This document shows positions 16,783 through 32,873 of a DNA stretch of 64,000 nt, piece by piece. Source of the stretch: the human T2T-CHM13v2.0 reference genome, Homo sapiens; the NCBI RefSeq assembly GCF_009914755.1, contig NC_060936.1, one strand, 5' to 3'. Within the stretch, counting starts at the first letter, position 1. Every line of letters starts with the position of its first letter. The notes beneath the pieces were generated by a model. It was not told the origin of the DNA and did not search any database. It was given only the letters and a program-made list of their open reading frames with translations. The position numbers and the translations under genes were made by a program.

Positions 16783-17599
16783 TGCAGATAACACTCTGGT
16801 GTACCCCCATCTTGAGAAATAATCCTTTATTAAATCAACCTGTCTCTCTAGTCAGTGACCCACTTTTTTCTCCCCATGACAGCACAACTCTTGGAAGAGT
16901 TGTCTACTCTTTCTTCCATTTCTTCTCTTCCAGTTTCTTTAGACCACTCAGTCCTGGCTGCCATCCTCACTGCTTCACTGAAACCATCCTTGTTGGAAGC
17001 ACCAAGGTCCCCAGTGAGGGCATCCAGTCATTTTCTGTCTGCCTCACAGACCTATTCTCATTCCCTTTACTTCCATTGCCCAACCTCTGAATGCTGGAAT
17101 GCCCTGGAGCTCAGTCTTGGGCTTCACTTCTCTTTATTTACACTCTCTCCCATGTGATTTCACCCACTTCCATGGCTTTAAATGCCATCTTTATGTGGAT
17201 GATTTCTAAATCTATATCCACAGCCAAGGCTCATCCTCTAACTTCCACCTTGATATCAGTAACCTGTGACCCAGACCTCACAGGTACAGAGGCAAGTTCT
17301 GACTTTTTCCCCCTAGTCCTTTTTCATTTTAGCAAATGGACCCTAGTTTCTCATGCCTGAAACATGGGAGCCATCTTAAATTTTTCCCTGCCCCTGTCCA
17401 GCCCTTCAGCAGTTTTATCAGTTTCACCTCAGTACATATCTCAAATGCATTCACTTCTCTCCGTCTGCATTTCCACCACTAATCACCATCATTTCTCAAC
17501 TAGAAAACTGCTAGAATTTCCTGATTGGTTTCTGTGCTTCCATTTTTGTCTCTTGTATGCTGTTCTCTTCACAGCAGGCAGAGTGTTCTATTAAAAATG

Positions 17600-17914
17600 T
17601 ATTTGTTATTTATTTATTTTTTATATTTCTTGGAGACAGAATCTCACTGTGTGGTCCAGCCTGGAGTGCAGTGGTGTGATCTCACCTCACTACAACCTCT
17701 GCTTCCCGGGTTCAAGCGATTCTCCTGCCTCAGCCTCCTGAGTAGCTGGGATTACAGATGTGTGCCGCCACACCTGGCTTATTTTTGTATTTTTAGTAGA
17801 GATGGAGTTTCACCATGTTGGCCAGGCTGGTCTTGAACTCGTGACCTCAAGTGAGCTGTCCACCTCTGCCTCCTAAAGTGTTGGAATTACAGGCGTGAAC
17901 CACCGCGCCTGGCC
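17600..17914 (-). mobile_element. AluS
   Basis: Full dimer; TSD aaaaatgt. Confidence 0.95.
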
Positions 17915-18271
17915 AAAAATGTTTAACCATATCATCTAACGCTTTGCTTAGTCCTTAATGGCTGCATTACATGTAGAATCAATTACGACTCCTTCAGGAA
18001 CCTGCCTGCTTCTCCTGCTTCGTTTCTACCTTTTTTCCTGTCCCTCATTATGCTGTGGCTATACTTGTCCTCTTTCACAGCAGGATCTTTCATGCCCCAG
18101 GGCCTTGACACTTGCTGTTCCTTCTACATGGACTCTTCTGTTTCTGGCTCTCATCCTTATGCTTCAAGATGCAGATTAAATGACACTTCTTCTGAGAGCC
18201 TTTTTCTGATCACCCTTCCCAAAGTAGTGACTTATCCACCTCAATCTGTTCTTTGTCACATTATCTATTTT

Positions 18272-18895
18272 TCCAGCAAATATTGATTGAGTGCCTATTC
18301 TGTGCCCAGCACTGTTCCAGGCATTGGAAATAGAGCATTGGGCAAGGTAGACACACTCAGGAAGCTTATGTATAGTTGGGAGACAAACCACAGATAAATC
18401 GTGTGCTGACTGTGACCTGTGCCTTGTAGACAGATGAAGCGTGGGCTAAGGGGATGGAGGGAATTGAGGGGTAGCTGCTCTTCTAGTCAGAGTGGCCAGA
18501 GGAGGAGACATTTTGGCAAGGACTCCAATGAAGAGAGAGCATCATGTGAATGTTGGGGGGAAGAGTGTTCTGGCAAAGGAACAGCAGGTGAGGCCTCAAG
18601 GAGGAACAAGCTAGGTGCCTTAGAAGACTAGGTCAGTAGGTATGTGGCCAGAGTGGCATGAGGAAGAGCAGAGAGAACTGGCTGAGAAGTAGACAGGAGT
18701 CAGATCACTTAAGGCTTCCCAGGCCATGGTAAGGAGTTTAGTTTTTATTCAGAATGTGGGAAGTTTTGAGCAAGGTATAGACGTGATCTAATTTACATTT
18801 AAAAGGATCACTCTGTTATATGCAATTAATGCAGAGGTCAAGAGAAGACACAGAGAGACTCCCCAGAAGGTGACTTGCAGTCATCTAAGAGGATA
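18272..18895 (-). mobile_element. L2 3' fragment (antisense), nested in the sense L2
   Basis: cagcaaatattgattgagtgcctattctgtgcccagcactgttccaggcattgg...ggccatggtaaggagttt. Confidence 0.8.
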
Positions 18896-18949
18896 ACACT
18901 TTTGTCATTATCCTGGGCATTTACTTTTTTTCTAAAAATGAATGTATCT

Positions 18950-19055
18950 ATCACTATAAGCTCTATAAAATCAAGGATCTTATCTGTCTGTTCACTGGAG
19001 TTCTTGATACCTAGCATAGTGCCACTTTCAGTGAATACTTTCAATTGAGTGAATG
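18950..19055 (+). mobile_element. L2 3' end (continuation of the sense L2)
   Basis: taagctc...tgtctgttcactg...cctagcatagtgcc...ttgagtgaatga. Confidence 0.7.
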
Positions 19056-19566
19056 ACCTGGAGGTTCCCACAAACACATGGCATTCTGAGAACTCATGCG
19101 TCCTAGATGTGGCCCATTTACTTTGTCTCAGGGCATTAGTCTTTTCATGTGTTCTGTTAATACAAGGGGATCAGACCTAGGAGGTGGTCTCTGAAGGCTC
19201 TGCCAGCCTCACTGTGGACAACAATATAGCTATTCCTGGTTTTACCAAAATGGTAAAAAAAATTACAAAGGAGGTGAGCATTCAAACAAAAATAAGATTT
19301 GCATTTAAAAAGTGATTTCAGCTAAAGTCCTGAGTAGAATGGATTGGAGGAGACAAGAGCCTGGGTTATTTGGAGGATGTAGAGAGGCAGGTCCAGGCAG
19401 ATGACATGGGGCCTGGACTCAAGTGGCAGTCAAGGAGAATGCCCAAAAAGTGATGGGACTTTCCCAAACTTGTACAGAATTGAGGCTAAAACCTATACTC
19501 CCAGTTCCTAGTTCAGCACTTTTACTCTGATACTTTAAAAAAAACTTGAAGAAGTGAGTTTCTTAG

Positions 19567-19922
<356 letters not shown>

Positions 19923-21168
19923 AAAAAATTTTTTTAAATAAAAAGCTATTATAAACGTTTTGATCAAAATTTGCCCATATGAAAACATGTTTTTGCTTGT
20001 ATATGCTTCTTTGGGTGGGTTCTCAAGACATCACCTGACTGTTAAACAGAAGAGGGAATGATATTTTCACTGTATGTGTCTCTTTTGTACCTTTAGATTT
20101 TGAACCATGGGTGAGTGTATTATAAAAATAAGTATCCTATTGCAATTAAAACTTAAGTTGGTCTGCTCTTAGGTTCCTTTCACTTCCAGATACAGTCACT
20201 TTGTTGTTATACCTCTACACTTTAGGTAGGCAAGCAGGATCTTTCTTCACTGCAGTTTGAAGTGTATAGTGATAAAATCAGAGCTTCCCACAAAGTCCAG
20301 GTCCCCTTTTCTCTTCTGTGAACCTTTCCCTGGTCCTTTTAGATTCTGTGGCTAGTCTGTTACTGACTCCACACAGCCTTTAGACCACCCTCTTGTTTTG
20401 TCCCTCACTTGCTATATGGACCTTATTAAGATATTTACTTGATGACTAATTAATGCAAAGCTACCTTTTTGCCATTCCTTGTTTTTGGATACCTGCGCTT
20501 ACTAAAGGTTACATGACGGGGAGGGATCATTTTTCATTAGGCAGCTTGTTAAATTCTGTCCAAAATAAAACTAACTTGATACTTTAAATCATAGAGGTGT
20601 ATAGAAATGCCTAAGGCCAGATTGTGATAGTCCAGGAATTTGTCAATACTCTCTCAGTATTTCAGTCCTACTTTCTCCATTTTCAATTTTTTTCTTCCTC
20701 CTTCAGTGTCTCCTATGTTTTGAGATCTTATATGGAAGCAACAACCCTAAAAATATTTTAACCTTTTACAATTTGTTTTTGAAAGCTGAAAATTAACCTG
20801 CATGTTGTCTGCCACTCATGCTTCTCTCTTCCACTCTTCCCACTGGTTCTTTTGAATTTATCACTTACTCATCAAGTATTGCAGGGGTTCTGTATACATT
20901 TCTGTTTTGGGGTCTGTCCCAGAGAATAAAAGGACAAAATTTGTTTAAATTCTGACCTAATTGTGTTTGAAAACTAGGTATAGCAAGGAAATTTCAAAAA
21001 AATTATCTCGAGATAATTTGCTTTTATAAAAATATATAGGCTTAGGATTTGTTTTGGTATCTATACAATACCAATGGGTGAAAGCAAAGCTAGACTTAAA
21101 TGCTGTTACTTCTTTCCCTGAACTCCAACCTTGAAATAACACTTTGGTGAAACAGTGTTAGAAATTGA

Positions 21169-21500
<332 letters not shown>

Positions 21501-21954
21501 TGATTCATCAGTACTTATACTGTACTGAACACGAGATTGGGGGTTCCCCTGTACATTTAAAAAATTGATGTGTAGTAGTTATTTCCTTAATAGTCACTTC
21601 ACTAAAGAGCAGGAGGATGTTTTTTGGGGAATGCTGTCTGAATGAGATACCTTTCTCTCCCCTTGGTTTGGGTTGCTCTGGTGGGTGGAGAACAGATGCC
21701 CATAATAAGACCATGTTAGCTAGAATTCCGTCTTAACCCAGCTGCTGGATTCTATATTTACAGCCCCTACTGCCTAGCTGGATTTGTGCCAAACTTTCTG
21801 TAGAACATTATAAATTTGGAGGATAGAGGTGGGGTTTGATGAAGTGACATGTAAGAGAAAAATCTCTTAATTTCCAGAATTTATATTTGCTCACCTTTAA
21901 AATCAGTTGATTGAATGAGACGATTGCTGTCTCATTAAATTAAAATTTGTTTGT

Positions 21955-22529
<575 letters not shown>

Positions 22530-22554
22530 ATTAATTTAAAATTTGTGGTCATCC

Positions 22555-22790
22555 TTCAGGAGTAGCCTTTCTGAAGAGGTGACATTTGAGCTGAGACATG
22601 AATGAGGAGAGGGAGCCAGTTTATAAGAAAATCTAGGGAAAGTGTTTTTTAGGCACAGGAAATGATTGGTGCAAGGATCTTAAAAAGCTTGGTATATCTG
22701 AAGAACTGCAAGAATTGTGAGTCCAGTGAGTTAGGAGAGTGGTGGGAGATCGGGACCATTGACACAGGCAAGCAGGGCCAGATAATGATT
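22555..22790 (-). mobile_element. L2 fragment
   Basis: ctgaagaggtgacatttgagctgagac..gaatgagg..ggagccag. Confidence 0.7.
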
Positions 22791-23033
22791 GCTCTTGGGG
22801 GCCAGAGGGTGTATCCTCTGTGTTACTTAAATCTTAAACAACTGAGTAATTTAGGACCATCAGGAAGAAAAATTAAGAGAGGTTAAGAGAAGACATTTGA
22901 ATATTCCAGTGGAAATATATGCTAATCGGGGATTAATTATCTTCCAAGATCCTCTTACTGCTTTCTCTCTTTTATCTGTTCTCTGCCTTTTAACTGGTGA
23001 AAGTAAGGGGGCAGAGGAGATAGGCATTTCCTG

Positions 23034-23327
23034 TTTCTCTCTCTCTCTCTCTTTCTCTGTCTCTCTCTGAGATAGTATCTTACTTTCTCAGGCTGGAGTG
23101 CAGTGACGCCATCATGGCTCACTGAGACCTCAAACTCCTGGGCTCAGATAATCCTCCTGCTTCAGCTTCCTGAGTAGAAGCTACAGGATCATGTTACCGT
23201 TTCTGGATAATTTTTTTTTTTTTAATTTTATGTAGAGGTGGGATCCCACTATGTTGCCCAGGCTGATCTCGAACTCCTGGGCTCAGGCGAGCCTTCTGCC
23301 TTGGCCTCCCAAAATTCTGGGATTACA
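23034..23327 (-). mobile_element. AluJ with (CT)n tail
   Basis: Diverged dimer; extreme 5' end missing. Confidence 0.9.
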
Positions 23328-23418
23328 CTTGTGTTTCTGCTTTCTCTCTGTTTTTGAAGATGCCATTTGTGGCCCCCACTGGAGAAGTAATTGAGGACAG
23401 TTGTGGCCCAAGGAGTGA

Positions 23419-23754
<336 letters not shown>

Positions 23755-23926
23755 TAGAGGATCATTATTATGATCATTTCCAGTGAAAGCATGTTTAAAA
23801 ACAAACAAGAATTTAGACTTTAATATAAAATGTGTAGATTGATCAAAATTTGATGTTATGAAATTTTAGTGTATTTATAGACCAGAACCCATCTAGGAAA
23901 CTCCACTTTCAAGTTAGATTTCTGTG

Positions 23927-24255
23927 TGCTATGGTTTGAATGTGTTGCCTCCAAAATTCAGGTGTTGCCAATGTGATACTTTTAAGAGATGGACTTTTAA
24001 GAGGTGAATGGACCATGAGGGCTTCTCTCTTGGGAGTGGGATTAAGGCCCTTATAAAAGAGACTTCACACAGGTTCAGCTAGCTTGCCCTTCTGCCTTCT
24101 GCCCTTTGAAAACTCAGCAAGAGGGCCCTTACCAGACACCAGATGCTTTGCTGTTGGACTTCTCAGCCTCCATAACTGTGAATAATAAATTTCTGTTCTT
24201 TATGAATTGTGCAGTCTCAGATTTCTGTTATAGCAGCACAAAATAGGCTAAGACA
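23927..24255 (+). mobile_element. MST-family (ERVL-MaLR) solo LTR
   Basis: TG...CA ends: tgctatggtttgaatgt...ccttataaaagag...aataaatttctgttcttta...gttatagcagcacaaaa.ggctaagaca. Confidence 0.9.
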
Positions 24256-24494
24256 GTTTTTTCAAAGAGCAGGAATTCAATAATCTGTTTTACTTCTCCA
24301 TGGACTTTGAAGGCCAAGAAACTAGAAGCTAAATTTAATGCCCAATTCTTGAACCTGAAGTTATTCTAGCCTTTTATGATATTGATTTTTCTTTTTGTTT
24401 ACCCATCTGATTTTTTTTTTTAAATCCTAATCTTTTCCCCATTGTATTCCTTTTTTAAAATTCTTGGGGGTGAGATCCAAATTATGCATGATAA

Positions 24495-24811
24495 TTTTTT
24501 TTAATTTATTTGAGACATTGTCTCTGTCTCCCTGGCTGGAGTACAGTGGCATGATCTCAGCTCACTGTATCCTTTGCCTCCTGGGCTCAGGTGATCCTCC
24601 CACCTCAGCCTCCTGAGTGTATCCTACAAGCACTTGACACCACACTGGCTAATTTTTCTTTTTCTTTCTTTCTTTCTTTCTTTTTTTTTTTAATAGAAAC
24701 ATGGTTTTGCCATGTTGCCCAGACTGGTCTCCAACTCCTGGACTAAAGCGGTCATCCCACCTGGGCCTCCCAAAGTGCTGGAATAACAGGCTTGAGCCAC
24801 CGTGCCCAGCC
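24495..24811 (-). mobile_element. AluJ
   Basis: Diverged dimer with expanded (TTTC)n linker. Confidence 0.92.
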
Positions 24812-24909
24812 ATATGATAAAATTCTTATACTACATTGTATAAATGAGAGTTTTTGCATTCTGGCTGCTATTTTACGTATCAGGGGACTAAAACGATATT
24901 GTTTATTAA

Positions 24910-25230
<321 letters not shown>

Positions 25231-25234
25231 GATC

Positions 25235-25853
<619 letters not shown>

Positions 25854-26276
25854 TAACTAATAGTATGATGCTTTTTTATAAGATCGTGCACCTGAAAGCC
25901 TCTAGCCTGTCAGTAATAGGTGCTTCTAAATGTTGGTTTTCTTCCTTTCTTTGAACTCCAAAGCAGTTGGGCATTGTCATATTCTCTAGGCACTGATGGC
26001 TGACCTGTTCACTGGAGAATTTAAATATGACAAGTTGTCAGTGTTAGTCCTTGCCATTAGACCTATTCTCCGTACTTCCTGAATTTGCACACAAGGCAAC
26101 CAAATTTCAGTTTGAGCTAAACTTAAGTTTATGCTTCTACAGCCTTTCTCATTGTTTTATATACTTGGCTGGAATTAAAACCCATACAATAAGTAGAACT
26201 TGTGTATAGCCCTAGACTTAATGTCCTGGTTTAAGACCAGAGTGGAGTTCAGTCTTTTAAAAATGTAGAACTTGTT

Positions 26277-26591
<315 letters not shown>

Positions 26592-26730
26592 TTAAGGATA
26601 TGTCCCAACCTAAAAATTATTCCACCCATTTTGCAGATGAGAAAGAGCCCATCAGAGATTACTGAATCACCTAAGGCCACAAGTAGAGATGAGATGTGGG
26701 CATTATTGGGAAATCAGTAGTTCCTACTAG

Positions 26731-27335
<605 letters not shown>

Positions 27336-28396
27336 TCCTTTGTTTCTTTTTAAATGTGAGGTATCAAAGCCCAACCAACCCTTCTCCACTGCCTCAATAA
27401 TTAAGAGCACAGAAACAGATGTCCTGAGTTTGAATATGAACCATGACATCTTTAGCTATTTTCTCTTTGATATGAATTCCCATACCTATAAGAATAGTGT
27501 TTACCTCAAGGGATTTTATGAGAATTATTTTAGGTTTAATTTTATTGATGAGGCCTTTACAAGAAAAGAAACTCTTTTGTATTTGGCTGATGTTTCGGTT
27601 CAGTTTAGAATTCAGCAGAATTTTCTTTAATTTTGTAAAGTCAATACGTATTAGTGTTAAGCTTGGTACGTGTATTACCTCATATGATATAGTTTAGGAC
27701 TTACATAACAGTATACTGCATTTATATAAGTGTGAAGCAGCTTACATGATCAGATTATTAATTGAGAGTTCAACATTAATTGTCAAATAGGAAAAAGTCA
27801 TCGAAAATATCAAAATATATTTAAAAAGTTTAACCCACCTCTAATATTACATATTAAAAGATATTTATGGTTTTATATATAATAAAATGTGCGTTGCTAG
27901 TCTGTCTTGGTATTATATCAGTTTATATGTTTTGCTGTTTTTATTTCACATTACTAGTTTTTAGGTAGCGTTATCTGGCTTATTTTAACAATGTGAAATA
28001 ACTGTCAGGTTTGAATGACAACTCTTAATGGGCTTGTCCTGCAGATTCCAAGATTCACCTTTTTGCATTTAACTGTAATGTAGTACTATGTGCTTTGACA
28101 TTTTCTTTTTATTGAAAGAAATATCTACTTTGAATAACATGATATGTTTTAAAAATGATTTTCATACTACTGTTAAGTTAAATTGGCCATATAAATTAAG
28201 CTCAAGCTTGCATTTTAAAAGGAATAAACACATTCACAGCCATTGGCTCTAATAATGAGAGCAAAACCATGCTGACTCTGGTGATGCGTGTTTGCAAGCT
28301 AGTCGTGCACACAGTCGTACATTCTCTGACCCTTTGTGTGGTGGTGAATCTGTTTAGCTAGGAGAGTAAACTGGTAAGGTTTTTCATTTTTTAAAA

Positions 28397-28696
28397 ATTT
28401 ATTTATTTATTTATTTGTTTTGAGACAGGGTCTCACTCTGTCACCAGGGCTAGAGAGCAATGGCTCCCGATCACAGCTTAGCTCAACTGCAGCCTCAACT
28501 TGCCTCCCACTTCAGCCTCCCTGGGTAGCTGGGACTACAGGCATGCACCACCACACCTGGGCTTTTTTGTAGTTTTTGTAGAGGTGGTGTTTCACCATGT
28601 TGCCCAGGCCAGTCTTGAACTCCTAGGCTCAAGCAATCTGTCTGCCTTGGCTTCCCAAAGTGCTAGGATTACAGGCATGAGCCACTGAGCCCAGCC
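28397..28696 (-). mobile_element. AluJ
   Basis: Diverged dimer, (TTTA)n tail. Confidence 0.92.
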
Positions 28697-29675
28697 AGTT
28701 TTTTATTAACAGAAAGTATCAAGTACGTCAAGATTATATTTAATGTGGCCATTGAGGAGAATACTACATACATGTTCCTCTAGAACAGTTTTCTTACTTT
28801 GTGACAGTTGAACGTATTCAGCAACAAGTCTGTGTATTGATTTACATTATAAAATAAGCCATTTATTCATAGAAGTAAAATCTCCCATGGACTCAAGTAA
28901 AAATGTATGAGAAAGTAAATAAATAGCCTCTGGCACGTGACCTCCTGGGAATATATTGAAGTGCTCCCACCGTCTCCTCCTCCACTCTCAGTCTTGCCTT
29001 ATCACCCTCAAGGAGTAGGATTTCTTTGTACCTTTGTGATCTCCAGTAGTTCCTGGAACATATCTTTCTGCTGTATGTAAGGAATTTATAATGTTCAGTA
29101 AAGCAGAATAATTTGATCATACTTTGCCAATAGGTGCTCCCATCTTCATGTAGTATTCTAGTCTGAGAAGTCCATGGCTGTAAGACTTTGGTTCATGTAA
29201 GAAGAATTCAAGGTCATTTATGAGTGCTTTGTAGTTGAAGTTCCATGTTTCCAAATTTACTTGTAAGTAAACTTAGTATATCGAAAGGAGTCTTTAACAG
29301 GGATAGAATTGTTTTAGAAGTATAAAAGTAAGAATTATAAGTAGAAACAAAAAATAAAAAATTGGGAGAGGGTCTTATGACTCAGTTTTGACTGTATGAG
29401 TTTGGTTGTCTCTCTTGCATGGTGGTAAAAACAGATTAACAAAAGAACAGGTATGGATGGTTGGAGGCAGGTCGTTAATATCCATAGCCAGTCTGGGCTG
29501 TGGAATCTTAGAGCTTTTCTGCTCATCTCTTCCTAATGGCTGTATAAGTGCCAGACCAGTCTGAGCTTCACTTTTGACCTGTCTCCAGGACTGGGAACCT
29601 CTCAGAAGGTTGACCTGGTTTGGATGATCCTAAAAGAGACAGTTTTCAAGTGGAATTAAAATAGACAGAATTCAT

Positions 29676-29861
29676 GGCCAGGTGCCGTCACTGACACTTG
29701 TAATCCCAGCACTTTGGGAGGCTGAGACAGTGGATTACTTGAGCCCAGGAGTTTGAGACCAGCCTGGGCAACATGGCGAAACCCCACCTCTACCAAAAAT
29801 TCAAAACTTAGCCAGTCTCATAACCCAGTCTCTAAATAAATAAATAAACAGATGAAAAAAA
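29676..29861 (+). mobile_element. Short Alu (left arm + non-canonical 3' segment + A-rich tail)
   Basis: Left monomer, linker, ttagcc, then agtctcataacccagtctc(TAAA)n; TSD aaaatagac(tg)agaattc. Confidence 0.88.
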
Positions 29862-30219
29862 TAGACTGAGAATTCGGTAACTAAGGAGTTGGATAACCCA
29901 AGATATTTAGATAAATCTTATTTACGTGTTTTTAAAAATAGCTGTCACTTGTCTTGGTTAGTTATATTTCCTTAAAACTTGGTGGTTATTACTTTTTATG
30001 AAAGAATCATTAGTATTTACTTTAAATGTAGTCAGATATTTATATGAGTAAATATTTCCACTAACTTCTTTTAGAAATTTAAATTTTAAAAGAAATAATT
30101 TAGTTTTTTTGTTATGTAGGTAGGGAAACTTACCAATTTCCCCAGTCTTTTGTGAATTCTATGGCCTTTTAGGCAAAACAAGAATATATACCCAGAGACA
30201 CCATTTATACCAAGGCACT

Positions 30220-30325
30220 CCACTACACAAACTCTTCTGCACCTTGTTTTTCACATAATTATCTTAGAGAACTTTCCATGTCAACATATGTAGATTTACT
30301 TCATTCTTTTTAAGGGCTCAATAGC
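30220..30325 (-). mobile_element. L1ME-like fragment
   Basis: ttctgcaccttgtttttcac...ctttccatgtca...tcattcttttta. Confidence 0.5.
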
Positions 30326-30589
30326 ACATGTTGGAATGGGGAAACTATTAATTATTTGACAACATAACTACTTAAATCATTTAAAAAATATTTTAAGAAA
30401 AGGCATTTGAAAATCTGGCATCTTATATTGAAATCTTTGGATCTTTGTCAGTATCATAGTACTTCATCTAAATAATTTTCTTAGTTTATCCATTGGGCAA
30501 ATAACTGGAGTACGCAGACAGCAGCTATCTCACTTTTTTGATTATTCTAAACAGGGAAAAGGTTAAAAATAAGAGTGTTACCTTAATAT

Positions 30590-30609
30590 AGCACCATTAG
30601 GTGGTGCTG
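30590..30609 (+). promoter_or_regulatory. Candidate CTCF-binding motif
   Basis: CCATTAGGTGGTGC vs core CCASYAGRKGGCRS (2 mismatches), in non-repeat DNA; motif only. Confidence 0.4.
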
Positions 30610-31810
30610 AGCCCTTCTATGCATGGAGGAGCGTTAATACAAACGAGCATCACTTCTTTGAATCAGAGGATGGGATGCGTGTTGTCTGATGGATCTGGGG
30701 GAGTTTGAGAGGAGGAGAACACAGCACATGGGAGTCAGTGAGGGTGGCTCATGCACATTTCCTGTTCAGTCCTTGACTGAGTCACAAGTGATACAGACTG
30801 GCAAGTGTGTGATGACTGCCGACTCCTGTTTAGCCGAAACAACAGAGTGCTTTAATAGTATTTTAGAGCTGCTTTTTTTGTAATTACATTTTCAGTCTTT
30901 GTGCACATAAAGTATGCATTAAAGTGAATTCTCACAATTAAGGAGAAGGATGAAAACTGAACAGTCAAGTTCTTTTGATAGTTTTACTCATTGGCTGAGC
31001 TGTTTTCAGTCTTTCAGATTTCCTTTTCTTTATGCAAACTTAGTGAGATAAAGTGAGCACGCTTGCTGAACTGAACGGGGTCACACTTAATTCCTTCAGG
31101 TTGGGTCCAGAGCAGCCATATGACTGACTGATGTAAGTTTCAGAAATAACTCAAGTAATTTCTAAATATGAGTTTGATTTAGTTTCTTTAATGCCGTCAA
31201 GTCATTTGCACCTACCCCACTTTTGCATTACTGAGCAAAGGACTTTTTCTCTTTCCTTTAGAGGAAGGAGAGACCAGGAATCCTGATCATTTATAAAAAC
31301 TGGGTTAGCCACATAATTAAGGTAATAAGGATGATACTGTCTTGGAAACATTGGATTCAACCTTCATCACAAGATGTGGCCTTCTTGAATATATATATTT
31401 AAAAAAAGTTAAGTAGTTTTAATTCTAGACTTACACCCTTAGGGAGAATCTTAACACAAGTCCTTTTGTTGGCCTGCCTTCTGTTCCTCCCTCACACTAC
31501 CCTCCTTTTCCCTCCCTCAACCCCCTGATTCCATCCTCTTCCTCTTAGAGACTTCTGGAACATATTATTTTACCTGGCTTTTCCACTACTTCTCACATTG
31601 CTCTAAAATGTATCCTTTTGCAACACCAAATTCCTCGTGACTGCCACTGCGTCATCTCTCTGGTCATCTATAAATGGATGCTTTTACAAAGCAGCCTGCT
31701 CTCCTTTCTCTAATGAGAATATAAAACATCTCCTTTCCCTTTTTTATTCTTTCTTTCAGTTGCAGCTTTGATGATAATCCTTTACCAGCATCTTCCAAGA
31801 TGTCTTCAGA

Positions 31811-32132
31811 TCCCCTTCCCTCCCCTCCCCCCTCCCCTCTCCCCCTCTCCCCTCCCCCTCCCCCCTCCCCCTCTCCCCTCCCCTCCCCCTCCCCTCTTCC
31901 CCTCTCCCCTCCCCTCTTCCCCCTCTCCCCTCCCCTCTCCCCCCTCCCCTCTCCCCCTCTCCCCCTCCCCTCTCCCCCTCTCCCCCTCCCCTCCCCTCTC
32001 CCCTCCCCCTCCCCCTCCCCCCTCCCCCTCCCCTCCCCTCCCCTCTCCCCTCCCCCTCCCCCTCCCCCTCCCCCTCCCCTCTCCCCTCCCCTCTCCCCCT
32101 CCCCTCTCCCCCTCCCCTCTCCCCCCTCTCCT
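31811..32132. repeat. Pure polypyrimidine C-rich tract, (CCCCT)/(CCCCCT)/(CCCTCT)n
   Basis: 322 consecutive C/T bases. Confidence 0.97.
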
Positions 32133-32237
32133 ATCCTTTCCCATTGAGTGGACACATTTTTGTCTTTCTTTTGGGTAGATTCCTAGAAGAAGTATTGGGT
32201 CAACACATATAAACATTAAAAAAAAAAAAAAACTCTT

Positions 32238-32873
<636 letters not shown>

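Larger units (their letters stand above)
16260..18270 (+). mobile_element. Long L2 fragment (ORF2 3' part), interrupted by a MER47-like element and an Alu
   Basis: catctttatgtggatgat (17186-17203) = HLYVDD, a decayed RT YADD motif; typical C/T-rich L2 sense sequence. Confidence 0.75.

Noticed and set aside
31811-32132. SVA 5' CCCTCT hexamer head
   Set aside because: No Alu-like, VNTR or SINE-R segment follows.
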